A stretch of 62,818 bases of DNA, filler included, from Sphacelaria rigidula (lineage: Eukaryota): assembly GCA_964200075.2 (NCBI GenBank). It is 9 parts of 9 records of this genome, joined end to end, with 100 filler letters (N's around TTAATTAATTAA, not from the genome) between each part and the next. Parts side by side here need not be neighbours in the genome. Positions count along the whole stretch, not along the records: positions 55,929 to 62,818 come from CAXNAA020017561.1; 8 more parts are not named here. One strand, written 5' to 3'. The translations under genes and the position numbers were made by a program. Below the pieces are notes generated by a model. It was not told where the DNA came from and searched no databases. It worked only from the letters and a program-made list of their open reading frames with translations. Shown here one piece after another: positions 62,193-62,818 of the stretch. Position 1 is the stretch's first letter. Each line of letters starts with the position of its first letter.

Positions 62193-62818
62193 TAGGAGCC
62201 CCTGAACCAGACAGGATTATGTGCAAAAAAAAGTGCGCCCCTACCTCAGCATTGCTCGAATGACCAGGACGAGACACCACGGGACATTGGCGCCTCAGTG
62301 GTGTTGCTTACCCGGCTTCCCAGCATTAGCCGTGGCTCATGCTTTTGATCTCCCACGCTTCGACGTGACTCGCGTATTGGAGCCGGTCTGCATGATAAGA
62401 AGCATCTAAACATGTCACTTGAAAGTTTCTCGAGAGTTACGAGGGGTGCGCGTATCCTTCTTGAATGCGTCTGAGTGATGCTGACAGGACGAACGCAACA
62501 CCGAGTCCGTATTCGAGCTGCAAGGTGCTGGTTCATTGGGAAGGGTAGGGTGGTGCCATTTGGACAACATTCAACAGTTTCATTTCCATTCGTCGGACAA
62601 TTTTCCTCACCTTTTTCAGGGTTTGAAACACTACTTTAGAGGACCCCCCCCGCCCCGCCCCATTGCTCCGTCTCGAAAGGGATGCGTGGTCAATGGTCAC
62701 ACGACTAAGGCAAGCAACAACTGAGTACGCCCCCCCCCCCCCCCCCACCCCCCCCCCCCCACCTCCCCCCCCCCCCCCGGCCTCCGCGCCGCTGCCCCCC
62801 CGCCCGCTCCCCCCCCCC

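Overview
This window is not one locus. It is nine unrelated ~6.9-kb contigs sorted by length (1-6892, 6993-13883, 13984-20874, 20975-27865, 27966-34856, 34957-41847, 41948-48838, 48939-55828, 55929-62818), joined by 100-nt N44-TTAATTAATTAA-N44 spacers, so nothing can be inferred across joins. The DNA is eukaryotic, intron-rich and TE-dense; it reads like a brown alga or other stramenopile (inference). Recognisable genes are all partial: coatomer alpha (5 exons), DDB1 (7 exons, one GC-AG intron), a bacterial-type FabI enoyl-ACP reductase (2 exons), an EGF-repeat protein (2 exons), and an exon encoding a prokaryote-like ParB N-terminal domain (LDGNHR) that ends in a spliceosomal donor. Repeats include a ~6.3-kb array of ~63-bp monomers with subtypes, a decayed LINE, a decayed Ty3/Gypsy integrase with a chromodomain plus a second barrel-like domain, tRNA-derived SINEs, a (CAAT)n-tailed retroposon end, and many MITEs (hAT-, piggyBac-, Tc1/mariner-like, foldback, telomere-repeat-bearing). 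The best novelty candidates are the ParB exon, the double-reader integrase tail, the intron-bearing bacterial FabI and the 63-bp satellite. Family assignments come from motif recognition by eye; no searches were run.
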